Positions 49,539-58,904 of a stretch of DNA of 64,000 nt are shown piece by piece (within the stretch, counting starts at the first letter, position 1; the number at the start of each line of letters is the position of its first letter). The stretch is from an uncultured Chitinophagaceae bacterium. GTDB lineage: Bacteria; Bacteroidota; Bacteroidia; NS11-12g; UBA9320. The stretch covers positions 37,778 to 101,777 of the forward strand of contig CAZTGZ010000006.1 in assembly GCA_964613385.1 (NCBI GenBank). Direction: 5' to 3'. The notes beneath the pieces were generated by a model, which worked only from the letters and a program-made list of their open reading frames with translations, searched no databases and was not told where the DNA came from. Position numbers and translations under genes: made by a program.

Positions 49539-52500
49539 TTATTTTAATGATGTGACAGTGCCTTTGCGATAATGCACAGATCGATCCCAGCCTGTGAAAG
49601 TAATCATGTACATATAAACATTATTACTGGTCAAAAGCTCCTTGTATTCTCCATTCCATATCTCATGTTTGTCCCGGGTTTCGAAGAGCTTTTCTCCCCA
49701 TCTATTATAAATTCTCAAATGATATTCCTTAACAAAAACGGGTACGATTCCCCATTTTTCATTAAGCATATCCCCATTAGGTGTAAAGGCGTTGGGAACA
49801 TGTAACAAGGGAGGTTGAATTAAATATATTTGATTTGAATAACTCACGGCATTATAACTGCCCGGACCTTCGCTAGCTCTAACCCTGTAATTATAGCCAC
49901 CCCAATCATAATCGAGTTGATCATCCTTAAAAAAATAGTTCTCATCAGGAAGCATTACGATAGGTCTCAGCACTCCGGTATCTACCGATCTTTCCAGCAT
50001 ATATTCCTGAACGCCACCTTTCCAATCGGTATAAGGAGTCCAGTACAGATTAAAATAGAACGGCTTTTCTTCTCCGGTTAATACCACTGAACATCCAACA
50101 TTGCTCATCTTGCTGATATGCCCGCAGTTGTCATTCACAACGATGCCATAACAATAGGACGTTTGGGTAACATTTACATCTGTATCTATAAATGTTGTAT
50201 CATATCTCCCAGCCAGAGTTTTCACATATTCGAAGTTGGTTGATTCGTCGTTCACTTTCTTATAAATATCGTATGATCCGAAATCTTCTTCCGTAGAGGC
50301 AGTCCAATGCACTTCGAGATTCTTATTCTCAACTACTGAAGTTGTTACGAGATAACTGACTTCAATAGGTAATTCATATTCTTTGCTCGAAGAAGCTTTG
50401 ATCGAAGTGTCACCTTTAATTCCGCATTTATTCTGCGCAACGATGTAGTAAGTGTAGTCTCTGAATTTTGGATTTACTACATCAAAATCTTCAAATTCAA
50501 ATCCATTCTGATGGCGTATGGTGTCAATAATATTCGTAATTCCATTGGGGTCGCGGCGGTGCAGAAGCAGGTAGTCGAAATACTTTGATTTTGGCGTTGC
50601 GTCCCATAATAATTTTAAATGATCCGACTTAAAATTAAGACATATGGTGGCCGGAGGAGCAATGGGAGGGGGAGGGAGTACTTTGATGTATATATAAGCG
50701 AAGCTGTCCTTGTAATCCGGACAACCTTTGTCTTTAACATATACTCGTATCTTTAGGGTATCTTTGGAAATATCGCTGCAATCGCCGCTGAATGGAAAGT
50801 TCGAAATCAGTTCAGCCAATGCTTTTTGATCTGATTGTAGTCCCGGGAATTTTTTGTTGGCGATGGATTCAGGCTGATACTGGACAAAAATCGAGTCGTC
50901 ATCCGGATCTTTTACCACGTAATCAAAATTCAGTGTATCCAATGCTGTTACTGTCAGAAATGTGTCTCTGGGTTCAGGAGGTGCATTTAAATTGCCAAAT
51001 GCAATTTTGAAGGCAGCATTGCTGCATCTGGGGCTTGAATTGGTTTCTGCAAAAGCCCCATCTGTTGTAGGAAAATCGCTGATTCTGCTTTCGATATCGT
51101 TATCCGGACAGCTCGCACAAACAGACTGATAGATAACACCTTTTTTATCAAAACGGGAAGTTCCACCATCCACGTGGTCATGGGTGCGGTAGCCGCCAAA
51201 ATACGTCCCGTAAACAAGCTTTTTCGCATTTTTCGACAATACCAGCAAGTAGAAATCGCTTCCATCCGTTGTTTTCTGAACAGCATCTGAAGTTATCGGC
51301 AGCCCGCTGGTTGAACTAAAAGACTTGGTGCTCGATAAACCTCCCCAGCCCGAAACAAATATTTTTCGACATTCATCGACCAAAAATGCATTAATCGTCA
51401 AGTCCGGCGCGCCGTCTCCCGTTCCCCACGTTGTGCTCCATTCCAATTTGGTTAGTTCAGGATTCATTTTAGCAATGAACTGTCCTGCGTTCTTAACAGA
51501 ATAGACAGGTCCCTCAATCGGAATTTGACCATGGGTCTGTCCCACAATATAAACTTGATTTTCATGGTCAAATTCAATCCCGAAAATCTGATCATACTTG
51601 TCTGTCCCGAAATAAGTGAGCTGATTGATCTTGCGACCGTCAGCATCAATCGCAGCTAAAAATCCATCACAGGTTCCCCCTTTGTTGTTGGGCTGAATGG
51701 AGGTAGAACTGGTCGGTAAATTAGTGCTTTTGGTACCTCCCGAAACATAAATGGTACCCGACGGATGCAAATCAATATTGTAAATGGCATCATCCGAATT
51801 CCCTCCTAAATAGGTGCCCCAAATTAAATTTGTGAGCGAAGGATCAAATTTCAGGACCAATCCATCCGAATTTCCGGCTTTTGCAGGTTGAATCAAGGCA
51901 TTGTTCAACCTTAAATCAGTGCTGTAAGTGCAGGTGCCAATGTATATATTCCCCATTGTGTCAACCTGAACCTCACCGCGGAAATCATCCGCATAAAAGT
52001 ATTTCAAAATAGAAGCCTGATTTAATCCGTCGTTGTCTGTACCACCATAATAAGTGGAAGCCAGTAATTGACTTCCATCCTGGCTAAATCTTGAAACAAT
52101 CAGATCGTTCAAACCATTTCGCAGTTTCTGATATGCAGTTTCGGTAGTGGGAAAATTCGGAGAAAATGTAGTGCCAAAAACGATGAGTTCATCTTCGGAA
52201 TTTACAATGATACTATGCGGATATTCATTACTTACTCCACCTAAATAGGTCGCATATAGCAATTGGGATCCGTCTGCACTGTATTTTGAAATGGTAATAT
52301 CGCATTTAAAGAAATAAGACCATATTCCTTGTGATTCATCATTGCCACCGTTATATTCCTCATCAAACGCTCCGGGTGTAGCAGGATACCGGCCTTTGAA
52401 AAACTTGGTTGGTCCGGTGCAAATACCTCCGGCATAAAGATTACCCTCGGAATCATATGTCGCGGTGAAGCCAAAATTGTCAGCGGTATTCCCGGCATAG

Positions 52501-53237
52501 GTAGAGAAAATTAACTCGGGGTCTATGGTCAGGGTTTCAAAATCCCCGTCCATTTGTAAGGAATATCCAAAGTATCCACCATCATACCGAAATGCACAGT
52601 CATGCTCTTTTTTGACTCCGCCCTGCAAACTATAAACTTCGGGCATGGTCTCCTTGTGTTGCCCGATGGATGTTCTTAAACCAATGTGCCTGGCAGCCAA
52701 CTCTACTTTTGGAATTCCGTCGTATCGCCATTTAATGTTTCCGGGATCAGCCTGCGCGTGCAGAATGAAGTTATATTTCAGATTCCTGTCTTTCCAGATA
52801 AATTCCAAATCGATACCCGGATAAAAATTTTGATAAGTTATTTTTTCGTAGGAATACACATTGGAAACATGGTTCTGAGCCTGGTTATCGAGAAAATAAT
52901 TGTGATGAAATTTGCTTTGACCGGATTTAATCAATTGAAAATCAGGATTAACTCCAGAAAAAGTCACTTTGGTTACTTGATATTTCAACCTTCGTTCCGG
53001 TTCAAATGAGGCATCCGCTTCATGGGTATGTCTCATCAACTTATTCCAGTTATCAGGATCAAATTCTAAAATCCTGTAACCGTCCTTTTCTAAAAAGATG
53101 GCAATATTATCAATCTCTGTTTGAAATAATATATGGGAATCCCACTGCCCTTTGTTTTCGATGAACAAGGGCGTTGTAAATGACTTCAGACTTATGGTCC
53201 AAGTCAAAATGAACAACATCCATTTTACGAATGGCAT
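49539..53237 (-). CDS. large secreted SBBP/beta-propeller-repeat protein with Fn3-like domains and T9SS type-B C-terminal domain
   Basis: 1232 aa with signal peptide. Repeated YxGG..xDxxxxI propeller-like motifs. C-terminal HVPNAFTPNGDMLNEKWGIVP...YNRWGEKLFE...YMYMITFTGWD matches the gliding/type-B CTD. Confidence 0.75.
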   Translation of the reverse strand: MPFVKWMLFILTWTISLKSFTTPLFIENKGQWDSHILFQTEIDNIAIFLEKDGYRILEFDPDNWNKLMRHTHEADASFEPERRLKYQVTKVTFSGVNPDFQLIKSGQSKFHHNYFLDNQAQNHVSNVYSYEKITYQNFYPGIDLEFIWKDRNLKYNFILHAQADPGNIKWRYDGIPKVELAARHIGLRTSIGQHKETMPEVYSLQGGVKKEHDCAFRYDGGYFGYSLQMDGDFETLTIDPELIFSTYAGNTADNFGFTATYDSEGNLYAGGICTGPTKFFKGRYPATPGAFDEEYNGGNDESQGIWSYFFKCDITISKYSADGSQLLYATYLGGVSNEYPHSIIVNSEDELIVFGTTFSPNFPTTETAYQKLRNGLNDLIVSRFSQDGSQLLASTYYGGTDNDGLNQASILKYFYADDFRGEVQVDTMGNIYIGTCTYSTDLRLNNALIQPAKAGNSDGLVLKFDPSLTNLIWGTYLGGNSDDAIYNIDLHPSGTIYVSGGTKSTNLPTSSTSIQPNNKGGTCDGFLAAIDADGRKINQLTYFGTDKYDQIFGIEFDHENQVYIVGQTHGQIPIEGPVYSVKNAGQFIAKMNPELTKLEWSTTWGTGDGAPDLTINAFLVDECRKIFVSGWGGLSSTKSFSSTSGLPITSDAVQKTTDGSDFYLLVLSKNAKKLVYGTYFGGYRTHDHVDGGTSRFDKKGVIYQSVCASCPDNDIESRISDFPTTDGAFAETNSSPRCSNAAFKIAFGNLNAPPEPRDTFLTVTALDTLNFDYVVKDPDDDSIFVQYQPESIANKKFPGLQSDQKALAELISNFPFSGDCSDISKDTLKIRVYVKDKGCPDYKDSFAYIYIKVLPPPPIAPPATICLNFKSDHLKLLWDATPKSKYFDYLLLHRRDPNGITNIIDTIRHQNGFEFEDFDVVNPKFRDYTYYIVAQNKCGIKGDTSIKASSSKEYELPIEVSYLVTTSVVENKNLEVHWTASTEEDFGSYDIYKKVNDESTNFEYVKTLAGRYDTTFIDTDVNVTQTSYCYGIVVNDNCGHISKMSNVGCSVVLTGEEKPFYFNLYWTPYTDWKGGVQEYMLERSVDTGVLRPIVMLPDENYFFKDDQLDYDWGGYNYRVRASEGPGSYNAVSYSNQIYLIQPPLLHVPNAFTPNGDMLNEKWGIVPVFVKEYHLRIYNRWGEKLFETRDKHEIWNGEYKELLTSNNVYMYMITFTGWDRSVHYRKGTVTSLK

Positions 53238-53258
53238 ATCTTTTAGGGGTTACACCTT

Positions 53259-53266
53259 CAAAGATA
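53259..53266 (-). promoter_or_regulatory. candidate -7 promoter box TATCTTTG (minus strand) for the 49539..53237 gene
   Basis: Minus strand reads TATATCTTTG, matching TAnnTTTG, 22 nt upstream of the ATG at 53237. Confidence 0.35.
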
Positions 53267-53330
53267 TAATCTATTTGATTTTACCGTATGTAACTCGTTA
53301 AAAGATGAGAAAATTAGGACATAGGTTGCA

Positions 53331-55646
53331 TCAATACCCAACCGGATCAAAAGCGAGAACATGCACAACGTATTTGTACAGACGACCATCAGCCAGGGTA
53401 ATGGAAACCTCAAAACTGCGATCTTTGGTCTTATCAAAGGTAATTTGGGGTGTCCAGCACAATGTGGGCATTCCATAACCTTCAATGGTGGGATGTAACA
53501 CAAGCGCAACAGGTTTGCCATCTTCGGTCATACTTACTTTCGCACCTTTAAGGTCCCGGTAAATACCAAAGGACCAATTTTTAAATACCACCATTTCAGG
53601 GGTATAACCTTCAGGTGGCCAGGCCACAAAAGAGTTGCTGTATATTGCTGTGTCTGTAGCTCCGCTGTCATCGAGTGCCCAAATGCTGCAATACTTGTCG
53701 GTGGAACCATGTCCAAACATTTTGCCATTGTGATATAACATCCAACGGCGGTTTCCCAGTGATTTATTGTCATTGTCAGCCACAAAGCTCGTAACGGCAT
53801 AACTGGTATGTGAATTTTGAATCAGCAGTGAATAACGCGCAGCTGTTGCGCCTTCCTCAGAGTAGCAAGACCAGTTCTTTTTTGGTTCATGATCCAGTTT
53901 CCGGTTTACTTCCATCATAAATGCGGCCTTTTGGCACCATCTGTTGTATTCGGGATCAAGGTAAATCTCCGGTACGCCCGCATTCCTTCTGAAATAGTTG
54001 ATTCTGTTTTCAACTTTTCTTTGAATCAAGTCATCAACGCTTCCTTCATTGCATCTCGAAATGTCTCCTTTCCATTCAAAATGATTGCTGATCATTCCGG
54101 CAACGGTGTCCGGGCGTGTTCTGGTTTCGTAATAGTTGTAATAAAAATCTTCTTTGGCCAGATAAATCAGTTTTCGGGTCCATTCCGGGTTTTTCGGATT
54201 TTTTGCCAACTCTTGTCGGATGATTGATTTAGCCAATGCATATTGCTTATCACGAATAAGCTCTTCTGCAAAGGCATCGGTGTTTTTCTGATAAGACTTT
54301 AAAACCTCAGGAGTCCCCATGAGCTCCGGCTGTTTGATTAACAAATCGCGCAAACTTCCTTTTTCAATTGTACTTAATTCCTTATTTAAACTTCCGAGCG
54401 TGATTGTTTTCCGCATATCCGTAATCGTTTTAGATTTAGGATGTGACATCAAAGCATGATCAATTAAATGAGCCGTATAATCCAGTGATTTTGTCTTGTA
54501 ACTGTGATCCAAAATAATTACCCATCGATTCTCTAAGTCTATGGGTTGCATAGAAGTAGCTGTACCTCTAATATATTGACCGGCCATATATCCCGAGGCT
54601 TCGAAATGCTGGTGGCGATAATAATATTGTGACAACAACCACATGACATTTTCAGCATTCTCCTCTATAAAATCATCTACTTTTTCATACTTGGTTTTAT
54701 CCTTAGAACCGGAACGGGCTACTTTTATATCGCAAAAATCCTTTAAATATTTTTGGATGTTAACGGTATCCCTGCTTGCAATTGAATTTCTCATCAAATA
54801 GAGATATAGAGCGTTTTCTTTCTTGAGAAGAGCTGTATCCAGCGGGAAAAATTTCAAGGTCTTTTGTATCACCTCCAGCATCATATTGCTGGGTGGAAGT
54901 TGTTCAATCTGGTGCCAGGCGATTTTCTTCTGGTAAAAATCCAAAGATGAAGTGGCGCCGAAAATGGTTCTTCCCAGATCTAAATAGTAATTGGCGCTAT
55001 CATATTTGCCCTTATTAAAGAAGTGATCGGCAAAGTATACGAATGGCTCTTCAAAGAACCCGTCATTTTTTTTCTCCTGCATGTAGGATTCATAGTACCA
55101 TGAAATTAACATTAGATAATTATCACGTCCCGTTGCAGTATCTCCACTTAACAGGCTTAGCTTGCCCAACCAGTAAAATGCCGTGGTATCTCCAACCAAT
55201 TTAAATGACTGTTGATAATTGCCCAGCGCTTTGCTGATTTTGTTAATTTTATAATTCGCATCTGCTTCGGCATTGTTCTTTTTTGCCAGAATTCGCAATT
55301 CCTCTTCATAGTTATCATATTCCTTTCCGCCTTTATCCTTATCCAGACCTTTTAGCGCAAGTTTCATGGCCTCTTTAATGGCGTCAGGATTTTTTTCCAG
55401 ATAATAGATGTCCTCTGAAAGGTATCTGTAACTGATAGCAGCCAGATAATAAGCCTCGGGATTTTTAGAAGTTTCGGGATGTTCAACAGCATCCAGGGCA
55501 TTTTTTAGCGCTTTCTTATAAGCTTTATCTTCTAAAGCAACTTTTGCTATTTCAATGGATTCTTCCTGTGCAAAGGTCTGCACAGAAACAAAACTGATAA
55601 GCATTACCAAAATAAATCGGGCGAAAATGTATTTACGGTTTTTCAT
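53331..55646 (-). CDS. secreted TPR-repeat protein with C-terminal CAP/SCP-like domain
   Basis: Signal peptide. N-terminal TPR-like helices. C-terminal roughly 200 aa has bacterial CAP-like features (NYFRRNAGV..., GNRRWMLYHNGKMFGHGS resembling the GHRxNIL region). 14-nt overlap with the upstream ABM gene. Confidence 0.5.
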   Translation of the reverse strand: MKNRKYIFARFILVMLISFVSVQTFAQEESIEIAKVALEDKAYKKALKNALDAVEHPETSKNPEAYYLAAISYRYLSEDIYYLEKNPDAIKEAMKLALKGLDKDKGGKEYDNYEEELRILAKKNNAEADANYKINKISKALGNYQQSFKLVGDTTAFYWLGKLSLLSGDTATGRDNYLMLISWYYESYMQEKKNDGFFEEPFVYFADHFFNKGKYDSANYYLDLGRTIFGATSSLDFYQKKIAWHQIEQLPPSNMMLEVIQKTLKFFPLDTALLKKENALYLYLMRNSIASRDTVNIQKYLKDFCDIKVARSGSKDKTKYEKVDDFIEENAENVMWLLSQYYYRHQHFEASGYMAGQYIRGTATSMQPIDLENRWVIILDHSYKTKSLDYTAHLIDHALMSHPKSKTITDMRKTITLGSLNKELSTIEKGSLRDLLIKQPELMGTPEVLKSYQKNTDAFAEELIRDKQYALAKSIIRQELAKNPKNPEWTRKLIYLAKEDFYYNYYETRTRPDTVAGMISNHFEWKGDISRCNEGSVDDLIQRKVENRINYFRRNAGVPEIYLDPEYNRWCQKAAFMMEVNRKLDHEPKKNWSCYSEEGATAARYSLLIQNSHTSYAVTSFVADNDNKSLGNRRWMLYHNGKMFGHGSTDKYCSIWALDDSGATDTAIYSNSFVAWPPEGYTPEMVVFKNWSFGIYRDLKGAKVSMTEDGKPVALVLHPTIEGYGMPTLCWTPQITFDKTKDRSFEVSITLADGRLYKYVVHVLAFDPVGY

Positions 55647-55944
55647 TGTTTTTCAAACTTATAAGTTTCACGATTGACCAGGCCTCAGCAGGCGAAGCAA
55701 ACATCGCTTTGGTTAATGTCCACGTTTCGGCAAATAAACCGGATTTCCGGTAATTTTCAAGTGCTTGTTCATTTTCCCAAATACTATACGTGAAAAATAC
55801 ATTAGGTAAATGGATGGATTGACACAATTCAAGCTGCATGCATCCTTCAAAACTAACAATATTCAATTTCACCTGTTCGAATAAATCCTGAAATTCACGT
55901 ACTCGATGAGGATCAAAAGTCATTTTAACTATTCGTATAATCAT
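55633..55944 (-). CDS. ABM-domain (antibiotic biosynthesis monooxygenase-like) protein
   Basis: 103-aa ferredoxin-like fold with the IWENEQALENYRKSGLFAETW motif. ATGA overlap with the upstream DUF62 gene. Confidence 0.6.
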   Translation of the reverse strand: MIIRIVKMTFDPHRVREFQDLFEQVKLNIVSFEGCMQLELCQSIHLPNVFFTYSIWENEQALENYRKSGLFAETWTLTKAMFASPAEAWSIVKLISLKNNEKP

Positions 55945-56699
55945 TGTTTGTCAATGGATATTGGACGTCCTTTAACCAAATTCAGCAGTTTGCTGGCTTC
56001 TCCCTTGCGAATCCCAATCACTAAATATCCACGATGATTGAAAGTGGCGTAAGGGTCCCCATCCCTGATATCTTTCAAATTTGTTTCAATGGTGGAAATT
56101 CGTTCAAATCGACTGAGGTGAATTCTAAAGGCATGGTTTCCAACAAACTGTTCAAAATCGCTTTTGTGAATGTTCGTATGGGCATTTCCTAAAACATCGT
56201 TGTGCATAATGGTTCCGTAAAGGCTGTCGTCTTTACTAACGAGCGCAGTCTGACTGAATTTTATTGGCCGGTCGAATGATTTGGCGAATTGGTCGGATTC
56301 TCCGTTTTGTAATAATTGTTCCGCTGCGTTCAGGTATCGAACCAAAGGTGAAAACTCATGGCTCACAGAAATTTCGAACAGCGCAACAGGTTCCTCGAAA
56401 ATTAGTGACTGTATGCCATTGTTCTGAAAAATAAATGAGTGACCATTTCTGCGACAGAACAAGATGGTCTCGCTTGAACTTAATGCGCTGTCAATTAGCA
56501 ATATATGCAAAGTTCCAGGGGGAAATGATTCATATATCTGTTTAAACACATAGCTACTTTCAACCAAATCGAATTTTTCCTGATGCTCAGATATTTCAAA
56601 CAACTGAATGCGCTCATTCAAAGAAGCAAAGTGCGCCTCAATTTGAAAGTAAGGCACAGATCGGGGTCCAAAATCAGATGTAATCGTGACGATTTGCAA
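55941..56699 (-). CDS. SAM hydroxide adenosyltransferase (DUF62; chlorinase/fluorinase-like SAM hydrolase family)
   Basis: N-terminal ITITSDFG (compare ITLTTDFG in characterised members). C-terminal YLVIGIRKGEASKLL. 252 aa. Confidence 0.7.
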   Translation of the reverse strand: MQIVTITSDFGPRSVPYFQIEAHFASLNERIQLFEISEHQEKFDLVESSYVFKQIYESFPPGTLHILLIDSALSSSETILFCRRNGHSFIFQNNGIQSLIFEEPVALFEISVSHEFSPLVRYLNAAEQLLQNGESDQFAKSFDRPIKFSQTALVSKDDSLYGTIMHNDVLGNAHTNIHKSDFEQFVGNHAFRIHLSRFERISTIETNLKDIRDGDPYATFNHRGYLVIGIRKGEASKLLNLVKGRPISIDKQ

Positions 56700-56821
56700 T
56701 TTGAAAGTAATTCATTGCAAAAAAAATGTAAACAAAACGATTTGATACCGGTTTAGCATAAAATTTGCGGGCAATTGGATTAATTTTGGAAGCGTTATAT
56801 AACCAATAAAACAAACTTCAC

Positions 56822-57784
56822 TTGATAGAAAAAATTCTCGTCGTCGAATCGATTAATCCAGCCGCATTTTTTTCTCCAGCCCAATCTGCCATTCCTTACC
56901 TCATTCACAAGTTCCCGAGATTAAGAATAACCTCAAGGGGAAATGAAATTAAAGCCCAGGGTTCGGAAGAAGACCTTCTGGCTTTGGAAAAGAAAGTTGA
57001 TGAAATGACGGAAATACTGAAAAGGAATCCACATTTTTCTTTTCAGGAAATTCGTGATTTGACCCCGGTAGACTATGAATTGGTAAAAACCCCTTTACCT
57101 GACGAAACAGATGTGTTGGTTTATGGTCCGAACGGAAAGCAGATCAGAGCCAGAACACCTAACCAAAAGAAGCTGGTTGAATTGGTCAAATCGAATGACA
57201 TAGTTTTTGCACTCGGACCGGCCGGAACGGGTAAAACATATACCGCGGTAGCTTTAGCTGTAAAAGCACTTAAAGATAAGGAGATTAAGAAAATAATCCT
57301 GGCACGTCCGGCTGTGGAAGCAGGTGAGAATCTGGGCTTTTTACCCGGAGATATGAAGGAAAAAATAGACCCTTACCTTCGTCCTTTATATGACTCGCTT
57401 CAAGATATGTTGCCCCCGGATAAATACGCTAAATATCTGGAAAACGGAACGATAGAATTGGCACCCATGGCTTTTATGCGTGGAAGAACCTTAGATCATT
57501 GCTTTATTATTTTGGATGAAGCACAAAATGCTACGGACGTTCAGCTTAAAATGTTCTTAACGCGAATGGGGCCAAACGCCAAGGTTATCGTGACCGGAGA
57601 TCTTAGCCAGGTCGACTTGCCCAAGGCGCAGCGTTCAGGTTTGAAAAGAGCCGTCAGATTGCTCAAAGGCATCAAAGGCATTGAGTTTCTCGAATTGGAT
57701 ATTCAGGATGTTGTCAGACACCGACTGGTGAAAGAAATCATACGGGCATATGAAAGTGACAATGAAAATCAAGTGCCTCACTAA
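56822..57784 (+). CDS. phoH: PhoH-family ATPase
   Basis: Walker A GPAGTGKT and Walker B IILDEAQN; about 320 aa. Likely TTG start at 56822; first ATG is about 60 codons in. Confidence 0.85.
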   Translation: MIEKILVVESINPAAFFSPAQSAIPYLIHKFPRLRITSRGNEIKAQGSEEDLLALEKKVDEMTEILKRNPHFSFQEIRDLTPVDYELVKTPLPDETDVLVYGPNGKQIRARTPNQKKLVELVKSNDIVFALGPAGTGKTYTAVALAVKALKDKEIKKIILARPAVEAGENLGFLPGDMKEKIDPYLRPLYDSLQDMLPPDKYAKYLENGTIELAPMAFMRGRTLDHCFIILDEAQNATDVQLKMFLTRMGPNAKVIVTGDLSQVDLPKAQRSGLKRAVRLLKGIKGIEFLELDIQDVVRHRLVKEIIRAYESDNENQVPH

Positions 57785-57957
57785 TTGTTCAAAAAGAAAT
57801 TTACCTTTCTGTAATAACCTGAAAAACAAGCACTTGAATATTCTATTTAGATGAAATCTAAATTGGAATCTGTGTATATTTTGGACTATGGCACCTGTCA
57901 TTGATCATTATATTTGCAGCGCCTTGGGCAGACTTTTGTCATTTTGAAATCAGATTT

Positions 57958-58863
57958 ATGAGAAAATTCCTTGCGGTACTATTCCTGAGCTCTCCATATG
58001 TAGTGTTGGCACAGGATTCCGGATTTTACACCGGTACAACCCTTACAGCCGTTTATGTTTTAAGTGCGGTATTGCTTTTAATAGCCGGATTGTTATTCGG
58101 TATTTCCAGAAACCTGAGAGGTATGGTTCAGGAAAAAAATCCTGCTGCCATTGAAGATTCCTTCTACATCCGCAAGATTAAGCCGGTTGTTTCAAAATGG
58201 AATCCAACCATTGTTACCCTGATCGTTATGGGTATTTCGGTTGTTGTTTTGGGCGCCTGGGGATACAAATTTGGAATGACAGAAGTAGGTGTTCAACAAG
58301 GATATGCGCCTACTCAACCCATAAATTTCTCCCATAAAATTCACGCAGGAGACCTTGAATTGGATTGTAAATATTGCCACAGCACTGCGGATAAAAGCAA
58401 ATCAGCCAGTATTCCTTCATTAAATACCTGTATGAATTGCCATAAGTATGTACAGGCTACAGATAAGTACTATGGAAAGATTTCTCCGGAGATTCAGAAA
58501 ATCTATAAGGCCATTGGATTTGACGGCGAGAAACGGGAATATATTCCGGGAGCCCCGCAAAAACCGGTTGAATGGGTAAGAATCCATAATCTACCGGATC
58601 TGTCATATTTTAACCACTCACAACACGTGAAAGTAGCCGGTTTGGAGTGCCAAACTTGCCACGGTGAAATACAGGAAATGGATAAGGTAGCACAACATAG
58701 CTCCTTGCAGATGAAATGGTGCGTGGATTGTCACCGTGAACGCGGTATCAATTTAGATAATGCATATTATAAGGATATTCATAAAGACGCTTTGAAAAAA
58801 GGCAAATATCACGTGACCGTTGCAGAAAATGGCGGTTTGGAGTGCAGCAAGTGTCACTATTGA
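57958..58863 (+). CDS. actA: alternative complex III subunit ActA (pentahaem c-type cytochrome)
   Basis: Five CxxCH motifs (CKYCH, CMNCH, CQTCH, CVDCH, CSKCH). N-terminal membrane anchor. Start placed at the ATG at 57958 (MRKFLAVLFL). Confidence 0.8.
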   Translation: MRKFLAVLFLSSPYVVLAQDSGFYTGTTLTAVYVLSAVLLLIAGLLFGISRNLRGMVQEKNPAAIEDSFYIRKIKPVVSKWNPTIVTLIVMGISVVVLGAWGYKFGMTEVGVQQGYAPTQPINFSHKIHAGDLELDCKYCHSTADKSKSASIPSLNTCMNCHKYVQATDKYYGKISPEIQKIYKAIGFDGEKREYIPGAPQKPVEWVRIHNLPDLSYFNHSQHVKVAGLECQTCHGEIQEMDKVAQHSSLQMKWCVDCHRERGINLDNAYYKDIHKDALKKGKYHVTVAENGGLECSKCHY

Positions 58864-58904
58864 TTTAAGCAAATTAGAAATTCACAGTATCAGCTCATAA
58901 AGAT

